Assembly (NCBI GenBank): GCA_030625575.1
Contig: DAOUQP010000001.1
Span: 1 to 60,532 of the forward strand
Length of the DNA: 60,532 nucleotides
Source of the DNA: Eubacteriales bacterium
GTDB lineage: Bacteria; Bacillota; Clostridia; Peptostreptococcales; Acidaminobacteraceae
Reading direction: 5' to 3'
Position numbers and translations under genes: made by a program. Shown here piece by piece: positions 37,603 to 47,478 of the stretch. Below the pieces are notes generated by a model. The model saw only the letters and a program-made list of their open reading frames with translations. It had not been told where the DNA came from and ran no database searches. Each line of letters starts with the position of its first letter. Position 1 is the first letter of the stretch.

Positions 37603-38160
37603 TTAAAGCTCCATAATCTCTTCTTCTTTTTGTTTAACAAGATCGTCAATCATCTTAACATATTTATCGGTCATTTTTTGAACCGCATCTTCAGCTGATT
37701 TAAGAGTATCCTCAGTAATTTCATTGTCTTTTTCTTGTTTTTTTAATTTATCATTTGCATCTCGTCTTTCATTTCTTAAGGCGATTTTAGAATTCTCTCC
37801 AACTTTTTTAACCAATTTCGCTAATTCTTTTCTTCTATCTTCTGTCAAAATAGGTAAACCAAGACGAATGCTTTTACCATCATTTGAAGGATTGATCCCC
37901 AAGTCAGAAACCATAATTGATTTTTCAATCGCTTGAATAGTAGTTGGATCGTATGGTTGAATCATCAACATTCTAGGTTCAGGAACAGATATATTGGCTA
38001 ATTGTTTAAGCGGAGTATCCACTCCATAATAATCCACAGTGATATGGTCTAGTAGTGACGGGTTCGCTCTTCCCGCTCGAATACTGTGTAATTCATCCTT
38101 CATCACTTGAATAGTCTTCTCCATTTTGTTATTTAAAAAATCTTGAATATAATTTTCCAT
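37603..38160 (-). CDS. frr: Ribosome recycling factor
   Basis: 185 aa, canonical RRF (RAGRANPSLLD...). Confidence 0.96.
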   Translation of the reverse strand: MENYIQDFLNNKMEKTIQVMKDELHSIRAGRANPSLLDHITVDYYGVDTPLKQLANISVPEPRMLMIQPYDPTTIQAIEKSIMVSDLGINPSNDGKSIRLGLPILTEDRRKELAKLVKKVGENSKIALRNERRDANDKLKKQEKDNEITEDTLKSAEDAVQKMTDKYVKMIDDLVKQKEEEIMEL

Positions 38161-38876
38161 TAAAAATTCCTCCTTATTTCAGTTCCGATTTTTTCTCCAT
38201 TCAATATTCTAATAATATTATGAGGTTCATCCAATCCAAATATGTGAATCGGAATATCATTATCATTTAATAGAGTTGCAGCAGTTAAATCGATAACCTG
38301 AAGTTCTTTATCAATAACTTCCTTATAAGTTAGTTTATCAAATTTTTTAGCATCTTTAAACACTTTTGGATCTTTATCATAAACAGCATCAATATTTTTA
38401 GCAAACAAAATTTTTGAAGCATCAATTTCAGCAGCTCTTAAAGCGGCAGTTGTATCTGTTGAAAAGAAAGGATTTCCAGTTCCAGCTGAAAAAATAACAA
38501 CTCTTTTCTTTTCCAAATGTCTTACTGCTTTTCTTCTTATATACGGTTCAGCTACTTTATTCATCTCTATAGCCGACATGACTCTAGTTGGAATACCTAT
38601 ATTTTCTATAGTACTTTGTAATGCGAGGGAATTGATTACTGTAGCAAGCATTCCCATGTAATCAGCAGTTGAACGATCCATATCTTGACTACTTCTACCT
38701 CTCCAGAAGTTTCCGCCTCCTATTACAATAGCAATCTCATAACCTAAATCATAAGCATTTTTTATTTCTATTGCAATTTCATCTAAAGTAGTGAAGTTTA
38801 TACCCATACCGTGTTCTTTGGCAATTGCTTCACCACTCAATTTAAGTATAATTCTATTTTCGTGTTTACTATTCAT
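38160..38876 (-). CDS. pyrH: UMP kinase
   Basis: KLSGEA and GGGNFWRG motifs. ATG at 38876 after SD GGAGGGG. The ORF-track GTG at 38891 lies in the SD. Confidence 0.96.
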   Translation of the reverse strand: MNSKHENRIILKLSGEAIAKEHGMGINFTTLDEIAIEIKNAYDLGYEIAIVIGGGNFWRGRSSQDMDRSTADYMGMLATVINSLALQSTIENIGIPTRVMSAIEMNKVAEPYIRRKAVRHLEKKRVVIFSAGTGNPFFSTDTTAALRAAEIDASKILFAKNIDAVYDKDPKVFKDAKKFDKLTYKEVIDKELQVIDLTAATLLNDNDIPIHIFGLDEPHNIIRILNGEKIGTEIRRNF

Positions 38877-38905
38877 ATTTTTCCCCTCCACTTTTAATTA
38901 TTATC

Positions 38906-38935
38906 TTAAAAAAAGAGAACACAACGTGTTCTCTT
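38906..38935 (-). terminator. Rho-independent terminator after tsf
   Basis: Minus strand AAGAGAACAC-GTT-GTGTTCTCTT followed by TTTTTAAG; counting the two terminal T of the stem this makes a T7 run. Confidence 0.85.
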
Positions 38936-38941
38936 ATTCTC

Positions 38942-39589
38942 TTATTGTAATTGTTTTGCAACTTCTTCAGCGAAATTTTCTTCTTTCTTCTCGATACCTT
39001 CGCCTAATTCATATCTAGAAAATCTTCTAATGCTTAAATTTTCACCAATTTTAGAAATTTTTTCAGTTAACAATTCGCCGATTGTAATATCCGGATTTTT
39101 AACAAAAGGTTGTTCTAACAAACAAATCTCTTTATAGAATTTCGAAATTCTACCTTCAACCATTTTATCAATTATCTTTTCAGGTTTTCCTTCGTTCAAT
39201 GCCTGAGTTTTCAATATTTCTTTTTCTTTTTCAACTGCTTCTGCAGGAACATCTTCAATTCGAACATAAGTAGGATTAGCAGCTGCTATTTGCATAGCTA
39301 CGTCTTTTGTAAACTGAACGAATTCTTCATTTTTAGAAACGAAATCAGTTTCAGCATTGACTTCTACCAATACACCAATTCTACCACCATGAACATAAGA
39401 AGTTACCATTCCTTCTGATGCAATTCTTCCAGATTTTTTAGCAGCCTTAGCAATTCCTTTTTCTCTTAACAATTTTACCGCATTATCCATATTACAATCT
39501 GTTTCAGTCAATGCATTTTTACAATCCAGCATTCCCGCCCCAGTCATTTCTCTAAGCTCTTTAACCATACTAGCTGATACTTTAGCCAT
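38942..39589 (-). CDS. tsf: Elongation factor Ts (short form)
   Basis: 215 aa. N-terminal UBA-like [19 protein letters not shown]. Confidence 0.95.
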   Translation of the reverse strand: MAKVSASMVKELREMTGAGMLDCKNALTETDCNMDNAVKLLREKGIAKAAKKSGRIASEGMVTSYVHGGRIGVLVEVNAETDFVSKNEEFVQFTKDVAMQIAAANPTYVRIEDVPAEAVEKEKEILKTQALNEGKPEKIIDKMVEGRISKFYKEICLLEQPFVKNPDITIGELLTEKISKIGENLSIRRFSRYELGEGIEKKEENFAEEVAKQLQ

Positions 39590-39613
39590 TACATTTCCTC
39601 CTTGTATATGTAT

Positions 39614-39640
39614 AAGGGTAAGAAAATCATCCTTACCCTT
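39614..39640 (-). promoter_or_regulatory. Intercistronic hairpin between rpsB and tsf, with no U-tract on the coding strand
   Basis: AAGGGTAAG-(9-nt loop)-CTTACCCTT, a 9-bp stem. On the minus strand it is followed by ATACATATAC and then the tsf SD. Confidence 0.5.
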
Positions 39641-39645
39641 TTTTA

Positions 39646-40380
<735 letters not shown>

Positions 40381-40476
40381 AATATTCCTCCTTGTTTTTT
40401 CCTCCGAGCTTATCTTCCTCTCATGCAACCTCTTCGGCACAACGCAATCAAGTCAAAACCCGTGTGATTTTAAACC
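40381..40476 (-). promoter_or_regulatory. rpsB 5' leader of about 100 nt, GC-enriched and probably structured
   Basis: It lies between the predicted -10 and the SD. It contains CACACG...CGTTGTG and CCGA...TCGG pairings and is visibly more GC-rich than the flanks. Confidence 0.35.
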
Positions 40477-40482
40477 CATAAC

Positions 40483-40511
40483 ATAATATCATAGGGTTAC
40501 TATTAATTCAA
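40483..40511 (-). promoter_or_regulatory. rpsB-tsf promoter
   Basis: Minus strand TTGAAT (40511-40506), 17-nt spacer, TATTAT (40488-40483), with an extended TG (TGATATTAT). Confidence 0.55.
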
Positions 40512-40526
40512 TAGAAACGCAATATT

Positions 40527-41303
40527 TTATTTGTTATATTTATATAATTCGTCTACTAAATAATCGTTTAATATACGAATATGAGTTCCTTTCATCCCTA
40601 AAGATCGCGAATCTATAATACCTGCACTTTCAAATTTTCTCAGTGCATTAACAATAACCGATCTTGTTATTCCTACTCTATCAGCAACCTTTGAAGCAAC
40701 CAATAAACCATCCTCACCATTCAACTCTTTAAAAATGTGAATCATAGCTTCCAATTCAGAATAAGATAAAGTTTCTATAGCAATTTGTACAACTGCTTTT
40801 TTTCTCGCATTTTCTTCAAGTTTTAATCTATTAGATCGAATAATTTCCATTCCAACAACTGTTGCAGCATATTCAGCTAGAACGATGTCTTCATCGTTGA
40901 ATTCCGTCTCGCTTTTCGCAAGTAACAAAGTACCTAACCTATTTCCACTTCCTAAAATAGGTACTATTGTTGCGAATTTAGAATAACTATCTATTTCATT
41001 TTCAAATAGTTTGATAAGATTTTCCTGCGTTATATTATACAGGGTATCTTTTATATCAAGCATAGATTGATTATATGCTTTTGGGAAATTTTGTTCTCCG
41101 GTTTCAACGTTTTCTATTACCGGACTTCCAAGAATATCGACATAACTTGTACCAAGTACCTTCCCTCTTTTACTGACAATATAAACATTTGAATCTAGAA
41201 CATCCATTAGTAGATCACATAAATCTTTAAATGCTACAGGCGAATCACCAGTTCTTTGTAAAATCTTATTCAGTTTTCTCATCTTGTTCAATAGGCTTTT
41301 CAT
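40527..41303 (-). CDS. codY: GTP-sensing pleiotropic transcriptional repressor CodY
   Basis: 258 aa. GAF domain plus C-terminal wHTH ASKVADRVGITRSVIVNALRKFESAGIIDSRSLGMKGT. SD AAAGGAG 8 nt before the ATG at 41303. Confidence 0.95.
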   Translation of the reverse strand: MKSLLNKMRKLNKILQRTGDSPVAFKDLCDLLMDVLDSNVYIVSKRGKVLGTSYVDILGSPVIENVETGEQNFPKAYNQSMLDIKDTLYNITQENLIKLFENEIDSYSKFATIVPILGSGNRLGTLLLAKSETEFNDEDIVLAEYAATVVGMEIIRSNRLKLEENARKKAVVQIAIETLSYSELEAMIHIFKELNGEDGLLVASKVADRVGITRSVIVNALRKFESAGIIDSRSLGMKGTHIRILNDYLVDELYKYNK

Positions 41304-43365
41304 TTACATTTGCTCCTTTCTTTTCTTTATAAGTACACTCTTTATTTATACAAACATAATAATCCTTGTTTTTAGATTTTCCCTCAACTAAAATCGAACC
41401 ACATTCAGGACATTTTTTATTTATCGGTTTATCCCATGAAACAAAATTACAATTAGGAAATTCATTACATCCATAAAATATTTTATATTTCTTTGTTCTT
41501 CTCTCAACAACCTGTCCATTTTCACAATTTGGACACTTCACACCAATTTCCTTTAATATAGGTTTTGTATTCTTACATTCGGGATAATTAGAGCATGCTA
41601 AAAATTTACCATATCTGCCGTGTTTTATTACCATTTTCGCACCACATACATCGCAATCGATATCAGTCGGCTCAGTCAGATCGATTTTTTCTAAAGCATT
41701 TTCAGCAACTTCCAGCATATTTTCAAACGGAGTGTAAAATTTCTTGATAATGCTTTTCCATTGTTCCTCTCCATTTTCGATTAAATCAAAATGTCTTTCC
41801 ATCTCTGCTGTAAAATCAACCGCTACTATTCGCATAAAATAAGTGCTCATTATGTCATTTATAATAAACCCGAGTTCTGTAGGAGCAAGCATTTTCTTTT
41901 GACGCTCAACATAACCTCTACTAAGAATCGTACTGATGGTAGGGGCGTATGTACTCGGTCTACCTATACCCTTTTCTTCCATCTCTTTAACAAGTGATGC
42001 CTCGGAATAACGAGCAGGTGGTTGTGTGAATTTTTGTTCTTTATTCAATTCATGACATTCGAGTATTTCACTTTCATTTAAAGAAGGTAAAATCTTATCC
42101 TTTTGAATACTATTTGCCACTTTTAAATACCCGTCAAAAACGAGTTGAGATCCGTTGGCTTTCAAAAGATAATCACCATTTTTAATATGCACGGATAAAT
42201 TATTGAATTTTGCCGGTGCCATTTGACTAGCTACAAACCTTCGCCAAATCAAATCATATAATTTGTATTGATCCTTTGATAAATTATCTTTTAGATCATT
42301 TGGCGTTCTAAGTATTGATGACGGTCTAATGGCTTCATGAGCATCTTGTGCACTTTTTTTATTGCTGACATTATTTTTTATAGCAATATAGTCATTACCA
42401 TATTCATTTATTATATATTCTTTTGCGTGTTCTCTCGCTTCATCAGAAATTCTCGTTGAATCAGTACGCATATATGTTATTAAACCAATTAATCCTTTTG
42501 AAAGTTTAACCCCTTCATAAAGTTGTTGGGCAATTATCATAGTTTTTTTTGTTGAAAAATTATAGCGATTCGCCGCTTCTTGCTGCATGCTACTCGTTGT
42601 GAAGCTATAATTCGGATTGCGTGCTTTTGTTTTTTTCTCAATAGCATTTACTGTAAAAGGGCTATTTGACAAATCTTTTTCAATTTTATCTGCCTTTAAA
42701 CCATTTTCAATTTTTAGCTCTTTATTTTGATATTTCATTAATTTAGCATTAAAGATTTCATTCGTGCTATTTTTTAAATCAGCTGAAATATTCCAATATT
42801 CTTCTGGAATAAAACTTTTAATCTCGTTTTCTCTATCACATACTATTTTCGTCGCAACCGATTGTACTCTACCTGCGCTTAAACCTTTTTTTACTTTTCT
42901 CCATAAAATCGGACTAATGGAATATCCCACTAATCTATCTAAAATTCTTCTAGCTTGCTGTGCATCGATTAAATCTTTGTCTAATTTTCTTGGGTTTTTT
43001 ACAGCGTTCTTAACAGCTTCTTTTGTAATTTCATTAAAAGCAATCCTTGATTCTTCATTTTCATCAAGACCTAATAAAAATGCCAGATGCCACGCTATAG
43101 CTTCCCCTTCTCTGTCGGGGTCAGTAGCCAATAAAATTCTATCGCTTTTTTTCGCAAGTTTTTTTATTTCCTTGATAACCGGTCCTTTTCCTCTAATATT
43201 AATGTACTTAGGATCAAAATCATTTTCAATATCAATTCCCATTTTACTCTTGGGTAAATCTCTTATATGACCTACTGATGCAATCACTTTATAATTTTTT
43301 CCTAAAAATTTTTCTATTGTTTTTGCTTTAGCTGGTGATTCAACTATTACAAGATTTTTTGGCAT
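41266..43365 (-). CDS. topA: DNA topoisomerase I
   Basis: TOPRIM LVIVESPAKAKTI. C-terminal Zn-ribbon repeats (CDVCGAKM, CPNC, CPEC). ATG at 43365 after GGAGG. The ORF-track upstream extension is hydrophobic junk. Confidence 0.95.
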   Translation of the reverse strand: MPKNLVIVESPAKAKTIEKFLGKNYKVIASVGHIRDLPKSKMGIDIENDFDPKYINIRGKGPVIKEIKKLAKKSDRILLATDPDREGEAIAWHLAFLLGLDENEESRIAFNEITKEAVKNAVKNPRKLDKDLIDAQQARRILDRLVGYSISPILWRKVKKGLSAGRVQSVATKIVCDRENEIKSFIPEEYWNISADLKNSTNEIFNAKLMKYQNKELKIENGLKADKIEKDLSNSPFTVNAIEKKTKARNPNYSFTTSSMQQEAANRYNFSTKKTMIIAQQLYEGVKLSKGLIGLITYMRTDSTRISDEAREHAKEYIINEYGNDYIAIKNNVSNKKSAQDAHEAIRPSSILRTPNDLKDNLSKDQYKLYDLIWRRFVASQMAPAKFNNLSVHIKNGDYLLKANGSQLVFDGYLKVANSIQKDKILPSLNESEILECHELNKEQKFTQPPARYSEASLVKEMEEKGIGRPSTYAPTISTILSRGYVERQKKMLAPTELGFIINDIMSTYFMRIVAVDFTAEMERHFDLIENGEEQWKSIIKKFYTPFENMLEVAENALEKIDLTEPTDIDCDVCGAKMVIKHGRYGKFLACSNYPECKNTKPILKEIGVKCPNCENGQVVERRTKKYKIFYGCNEFPNCNFVSWDKPINKKCPECGSILVEGKSKNKDYYVCINKECTYKEKKGANVNEKPIEQDEKTE

Positions 43366-43463
43366 AACGACCTCCAAATTCTGAATTTTCAAATATTTTG
43401 TTAAAATTTCTAATACTAAGTATATAACAAGAAAAAATAAAATCAAATATTTATTTAATATTA

Positions 43464-44105
43464 TTAACTAAAATTAAAATAATCGATAATATCTTTTGCC
43501 TTGGTTACGGGAATCGCACCTAATTTAATCAAATAATTATTACCTTCGCTCATAGGGTTGTTAATCGAACCCGGAATGACAAAAACCGGTTTACCTTGAT
43601 TAAGCGCATGGTTAACCGTTGTCATTGTACCACTTTTTATCTTGGATTCTACAACGAGAATTCCAAGTGATATTCCACTGATAATTCTATTTCTATATGG
43701 ATAGTGGTACCCTCTCGGCTCGATATTATAATCATATTCAGAAATGATCAGATGATTTTCAAGCAATTCATTTTTTAATTCATTGTTGGATTTCGGATAA
43801 TCGATATTAATTCCACAACCTATCACTGCAATTGTTTTCCCATTCGCTCTAATTGCACCTTGATGAGCTGATGTATCGATGCCGATAGCCATTCCACTTA
43901 CAATTATAAAATCATCGTCAGCTAGTTCCTCGGCGAATTTTTCAGCGTTGAGTCTACCTTCCCTGCTTGGATATCTAGATCCAACTATACCTATAATTCT
44001 ATTGCTGTACATGATTTCTTTGTTTCCATAAGCATAAAGTTTTTTAGGTGAATCGCTTATGTTTTTTAATCTGTCTGGTAAATTGTTTGGATAGATATTA
44101 GTCAA
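43464..44105 (-). CDS. dprA: DNA processing protein DprA (Rossmann-fold core only)
   Basis: 213 aa. IVGSRYPS...GMAIGIDTSAHQGA...GCGINIDYP...SGTMTTVNHALNQGKPVFVIPG. TTG start after SD AAGGGGTG. Confidence 0.85.
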   Translation of the reverse strand: MTNIYPNNLPDRLKNISDSPKKLYAYGNKEIMYSNRIIGIVGSRYPSREGRLNAEKFAEELADDDFIIVSGMAIGIDTSAHQGAIRANGKTIAVIGCGINIDYPKSNNELKNELLENHLIISEYDYNIEPRGYHYPYRNRIISGISLGILVVESKIKSGTMTTVNHALNQGKPVFVIPGSINNPMSEGNNYLIKLGAIPVTKAKDIIDYFNFS

Positions 44106-44177
44106 AAAAACACCCCTTATAATTATTTCATAAAGGATGATAAATTTGTATTAATAATTTAAGTGTTCCACAATGAA

Positions 44178-44606
44178 TTAATATTTATCTAATACCATGT
44201 TCACATGTTCATCAATATAGATTCCTTTGTTTTTCTTGGATTTTGATAATATATATTGAACTAATTTCTTTCTGTTCTCCATTGAATTTCTAATAAGAAA
44301 AATCTTTGATGCGTTTCCTATGGCGATATGTTTTTTGTATTTTCTACTGATAGTAATGAATTCAATTTCATCATATGCCATAAAAATTTCTTTTTTACCT
44401 TTAATCTCATAAAAACCTTTTTCATCGGTTTTGATATGATAGTTTCTATTGACTATTTGATCTTTAACAAGAAGAAGAAGTAAAAAAAGCACAATGCCTC
44501 TAAACAACCAATATGTCGGAAAAAATGTAAAAGCCAACATAAAAGTAATTCCTAAGTTTTCTATCATAAGAGCAGATTTTTTCTTTCTATATTCCAATGT
44601 TTTCAC
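44178..44606 (-). CDS. Hypothetical membrane protein (two N-terminal TM helices plus a basic soluble domain)
   Basis: 142-aa ORF with a 4-nt overlap onto the rnhB stop. Hydrophobic stretches LGITFMLAFTFFPTYWLF and GIVLFLLLLLV. Confidence 0.55.
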   Translation of the reverse strand: MKTLEYRKKKSALMIENLGITFMLAFTFFPTYWLFRGIVLFLLLLLVKDQIVNRNYHIKTDEKGFYEIKGKKEIFMAYDEIEFITISRKYKKHIAIGNASKIFLIRNSMENRKKLVQYILSKSKKNKGIYIDEHVNMVLDKY

Positions 44607-45379
44607 CAGCCTTTAATATTTTTTAAAAATGTTTTACGATGAATTGGAGTAACTCCAAAATTGTTAATAGCTTCATAATGAACTTTTGTACCATATCCTT
44701 TATGCTTTTCAAACCCGTATTCAGGATATATAATACTCATTTCTTGCATGATTCTATCTCTTGTGACTTTAGCAATTATTGAAGCCGCAGCAATTGAATT
44801 ACTTTTTTGATCTCCTTTGATCAAACTTACCTGCCTTACAGGAAAATCTAATTTAACTGCATCTATAAGCAATACATCTGGTTTGCAGTTTGTTTTATCA
44901 ACAGCAATTATCATTGCTTCTTTGGCAGCATTAAGAATATTTATTTCATCGATTTTATTTTGATCAACAATACCCACACCAATAGCTATAGCCTTATCGG
45001 AGATAATTTGAAATAATTCATTTCTCTTTTTTTCTGATAATTTTTTAGAGTCGTCCAACCCTAAAATCATTTCGTTCTCAGGCAAAATCACTGCAGCAGC
45101 TACAACAGGACCAGCTAAAGGTCCTCTTCCAGCTTCATCTATGCCTACTATAACAAAATGTCCACTATCTCTCTCGATTTCTTCATAATTATTCATTTTA
45201 ATATATTTATCAATCAAATTATTTTTTTGTTCAATCTTTTTTCTTAATTGATTTGCCAATTTTATTACAGATTTCCTATGATCGCTTTCCAATAACAAAA
45301 TCATATCTTCAACTTCATCTGTTTCATCGATTAATTTTTTTATATCATTTAAAGATAAATCAGTTAAATTATTCAACAT
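44603..45379 (-). CDS. rnhB: Ribonuclease HII
   Basis: GIDEAGRGPLAGPVV catalytic motif. ATG at 45379 preceded by GGAG plus 7 nt. The ORF-track start at 45430 would overlap rbgA by 62 nt. Confidence 0.92.
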   Translation of the reverse strand: MLNNLTDLSLNDIKKLIDETDEVEDMILLLESDHRKSVIKLANQLRKKIEQKNNLIDKYIKMNNYEEIERDSGHFVIVGIDEAGRGPLAGPVVAAAVILPENEMILGLDDSKKLSEKKRNELFQIISDKAIAIGVGIVDQNKIDEINILNAAKEAMIIAVDKTNCKPDVLLIDAVKLDFPVRQVSLIKGDQKSNSIAAASIIAKVTRDRIMQEMSIIYPEYGFEKHKGYGTKVHYEAINNFGVTPIHRKTFLKNIKGW

Positions 45380-46223
45380 CCGGCCACTCCAAAGATATCT
45401 TTCCAATTTTCCCGTTACGATATTCGTCAAGTAATATATTACTTATTTTGTTATAATCTATTTCATTGCCCTTTGTTAAACAACCTCTTCTTATGGCTAT
45501 ATCATTCAGCACTTCAAGAGGTTCTTTATCACCCATGTCAACATCATAACGCTGCGTTAATAGATTAGGATAATTCTTCATTACAAAACCTACAAAAGAT
45601 AACGCTATTTCTTCAATATCTAGTATTTCGTCCTTAATCGAACCTACATATGCTAAATTCTTACCTACTTCTGCACTTTCGATTCTCGGCCATAGAATTC
45701 CCGGCGTATCAAATAATTCCAAACCTTTTCTTATTCTAATCCACTGTTTACCTCTTGTAACTCCAGGCTTGTTCCCTATTTTGGCTGTTTTTTTACCAGC
45801 TAACTTGTTAATCAATGAAGACTTCCCTACATTAGGTATTCCAACTATCATCACTCGAATAGCTCTTTCTTTCATTCCTTTAGCTTTCAGCTTCTCGATA
45901 ATCGGATTAGCCGTAACCTTGATTTCATGGATAAGTCGGTTCACACCTTCTCCAGTAATACAATTTATTGGAATTGATTTAATTCCTTTGCTCTTATAAT
46001 ACTTAATCCAACTATCCAAATTTTCAGGATCCGCCAAATCAAATTTATTAAAAACGACAATTTTCAATTTCCCTTTCAACAATTCATCGATTTGAGGATT
46101 TTTGCTACTTACAGGGATTCTAGCATCAAGTAGTTCTACTACAACATCTATCAATTTTAAATTTTCTTGAATAAGTTCTTTAGTTTTTTTCATGTGACCA
46201 GGATACCAATTTATAGTCATCAT
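45369..46223 (-). CDS. rbgA: Ribosome biogenesis GTPase A (YlqF)
   Basis: Circularly permuted GTPase order: NKFDL (G4), then GIPNVGKSSLIN (G1), then DTPG (G3). Confidence 0.92.
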   Translation of the reverse strand: MMTINWYPGHMKKTKELIQENLKLIDVVVELLDARIPVSSKNPQIDELLKGKLKIVVFNKFDLADPENLDSWIKYYKSKGIKSIPINCITGEGVNRLIHEIKVTANPIIEKLKAKGMKERAIRVMIVGIPNVGKSSLINKLAGKKTAKIGNKPGVTRGKQWIRIRKGLELFDTPGILWPRIESAEVGKNLAYVGSIKDEILDIEEIALSFVGFVMKNYPNLLTQRYDVDMGDKEPLEVLNDIAIRRGCLTKGNEIDYNKISNILLDEYRNGKIGKISLEWPDVE

Positions 46224-46255
46224 ATCACCGCCTATCTACAATTCTATTATAACTT

Positions 46256-46293
46256 AAAACAAAAAGTAAACAAACTGGCAATTTGCCAGTTTG
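46256..46293 (-). terminator. Rho-independent terminator after rplS
   Basis: Near-perfect palindrome CAAACTGGCAA-T-TTGCCAGTTTG. On the minus strand it is followed by TTTACTTTTTGTTTT. Confidence 0.8.
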
Positions 46294-46295
46294 CA

Positions 46296-46643
46296 TTATC
46301 TACGTTCTTTAACTTTTGCTGATTTACCAACTCTGTCTCTAATGTAATATAATTTTGAGCGTCTTACTTTACCTTTTCTAATAACTTCAACCTTCTCAAT
46401 TTTCGGAGAATGAACTGGCATAGTTTTTTCTGCACCAACTCCTGAAGAAATTTTTCTTACAGTAAAGTTTTCAGCAACACCACCATTTTGTCTCTTGATA
46501 ACTAGTCCTTCGAAAATTTGAACTCTTTCTCTTTTTCCTTCGACTATCTTCAAGTAAACTTTAACAGTATCACCAACGTTAAATTCAGATACATTTGGAT
46601 TTAATTGTTCTTTCTCAATTTCCTTGATTATGTTCATATTCAT
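46296..46643 (-). CDS. rplS: 50S ribosomal protein L19
   Basis: 115 aa. [26 protein letters not shown]. Confidence 0.96.
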   Translation of the reverse strand: MNMNIIKEIEKEQLNPNVSEFNVGDTVKVYLKIVEGKRERVQIFEGLVIKRQNGGVAENFTVRKISSGVGAEKTMPVHSPKIEKVEVIRKGKVRRSKLYYIRDRVGKSAKVKERR

Positions 46644-46726
46644 ATGCTTTGCCTCCCTTCTTCATAGCCGTTCTTAAACATTTAATGCCAGCGGAACGTC
46701 CGTATTACACGCTGATAATTATATCA
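46644..46726 (-). promoter_or_regulatory. rplS promoter (extended -10) plus a GC-enriched leader; candidate L19 autoregulatory leader
   Basis: Minus strand TGATATAAT (46726-46718). The leader is AGCGTGTAATACGGACGTTCCGCTGG... with CAGCG/CGCTG and CGGA/TCCG pairings, followed by SD GGGAGG. Confidence 0.45.
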
Positions 46727-46737
46727 CAGCACAAGGC

Positions 46738-47478
46738 TTATAACAAGTTCTTTTTTACCTGTTTTATAAGTTTAATTATCCTATCACTGAAGTATTTGTT
46801 TTCAATCCCTTCAGCAATTAAATCTTTTCTTCTGGAAAGAGTTAATTTAATTGATTCGGTTATCCTATATAGTTCTATATTTTTATGATTTCCAGATAAA
46901 AGCACGTCAGGAACTGCATGGCCTTCAAATTCTCTCGGTCTTGTGTATTGAGGGTATTCTAGAAGATAATTGGAAAAACTCTCTTCCGCTAAAGAATCTT
47001 CTGTTAAAGTCCCAGGGATCAATCTAGTTATAGCATCGATCATCACGAGTGCCCCTAGTTCACCTCCACTTAATACATAATCTCCTATAGACACTTCTAA
47101 ATCTACATAATGGTCTATAACCCTTTGATCAAGACCCTCGTAGTGACCACACAACAATATCAAATCAGGTTCTTTTGATAGACTTGATGCCAAGTCTTGA
47201 TTTAACGTCTTGCCTTTCGGCGTCAGGTATATGACTTTTTTATTTTTATAATCTAGATTTTCAAGAGCACTAACTACAGGCTGTGGCGTCAACACCATCC
47301 CAGCTCCACCACCGAATGGCGTGTCATCAACAGAGTGATGTTTATTGTCGGCATAGTCTCGAAAATTAATCGATTCGATACTTACAATATTTTTCTCTCT
47401 CGCTCTTTTAATAATACTGGTATTTACATAACTATCTATTACCTCTGGAAACAATGTCAACACTTGTATGTTCATCAT
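46738..47478 (-). CDS. trmD: tRNA (guanine37-N1)-methyltransferase
   Basis: 246 aa. SPOUT knot motifs LLCGHYEGLDQRV and SIGDYVLSGGE. Confidence 0.96.
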   Translation of the reverse strand: MMNIQVLTLFPEVIDSYVNTSIIKRAREKNIVSIESINFRDYADNKHHSVDDTPFGGGAGMVLTPQPVVSALENLDYKNKKVIYLTPKGKTLNQDLASSLSKEPDLILLCGHYEGLDQRVIDHYVDLEVSIGDYVLSGGELGALVMIDAITRLIPGTLTEDSLAEESFSNYLLEYPQYTRPREFEGHAVPDVLLSGNHKNIELYRITESIKLTLSRRKDLIAEGIENKYFSDRIIKLIKQVKKNLL

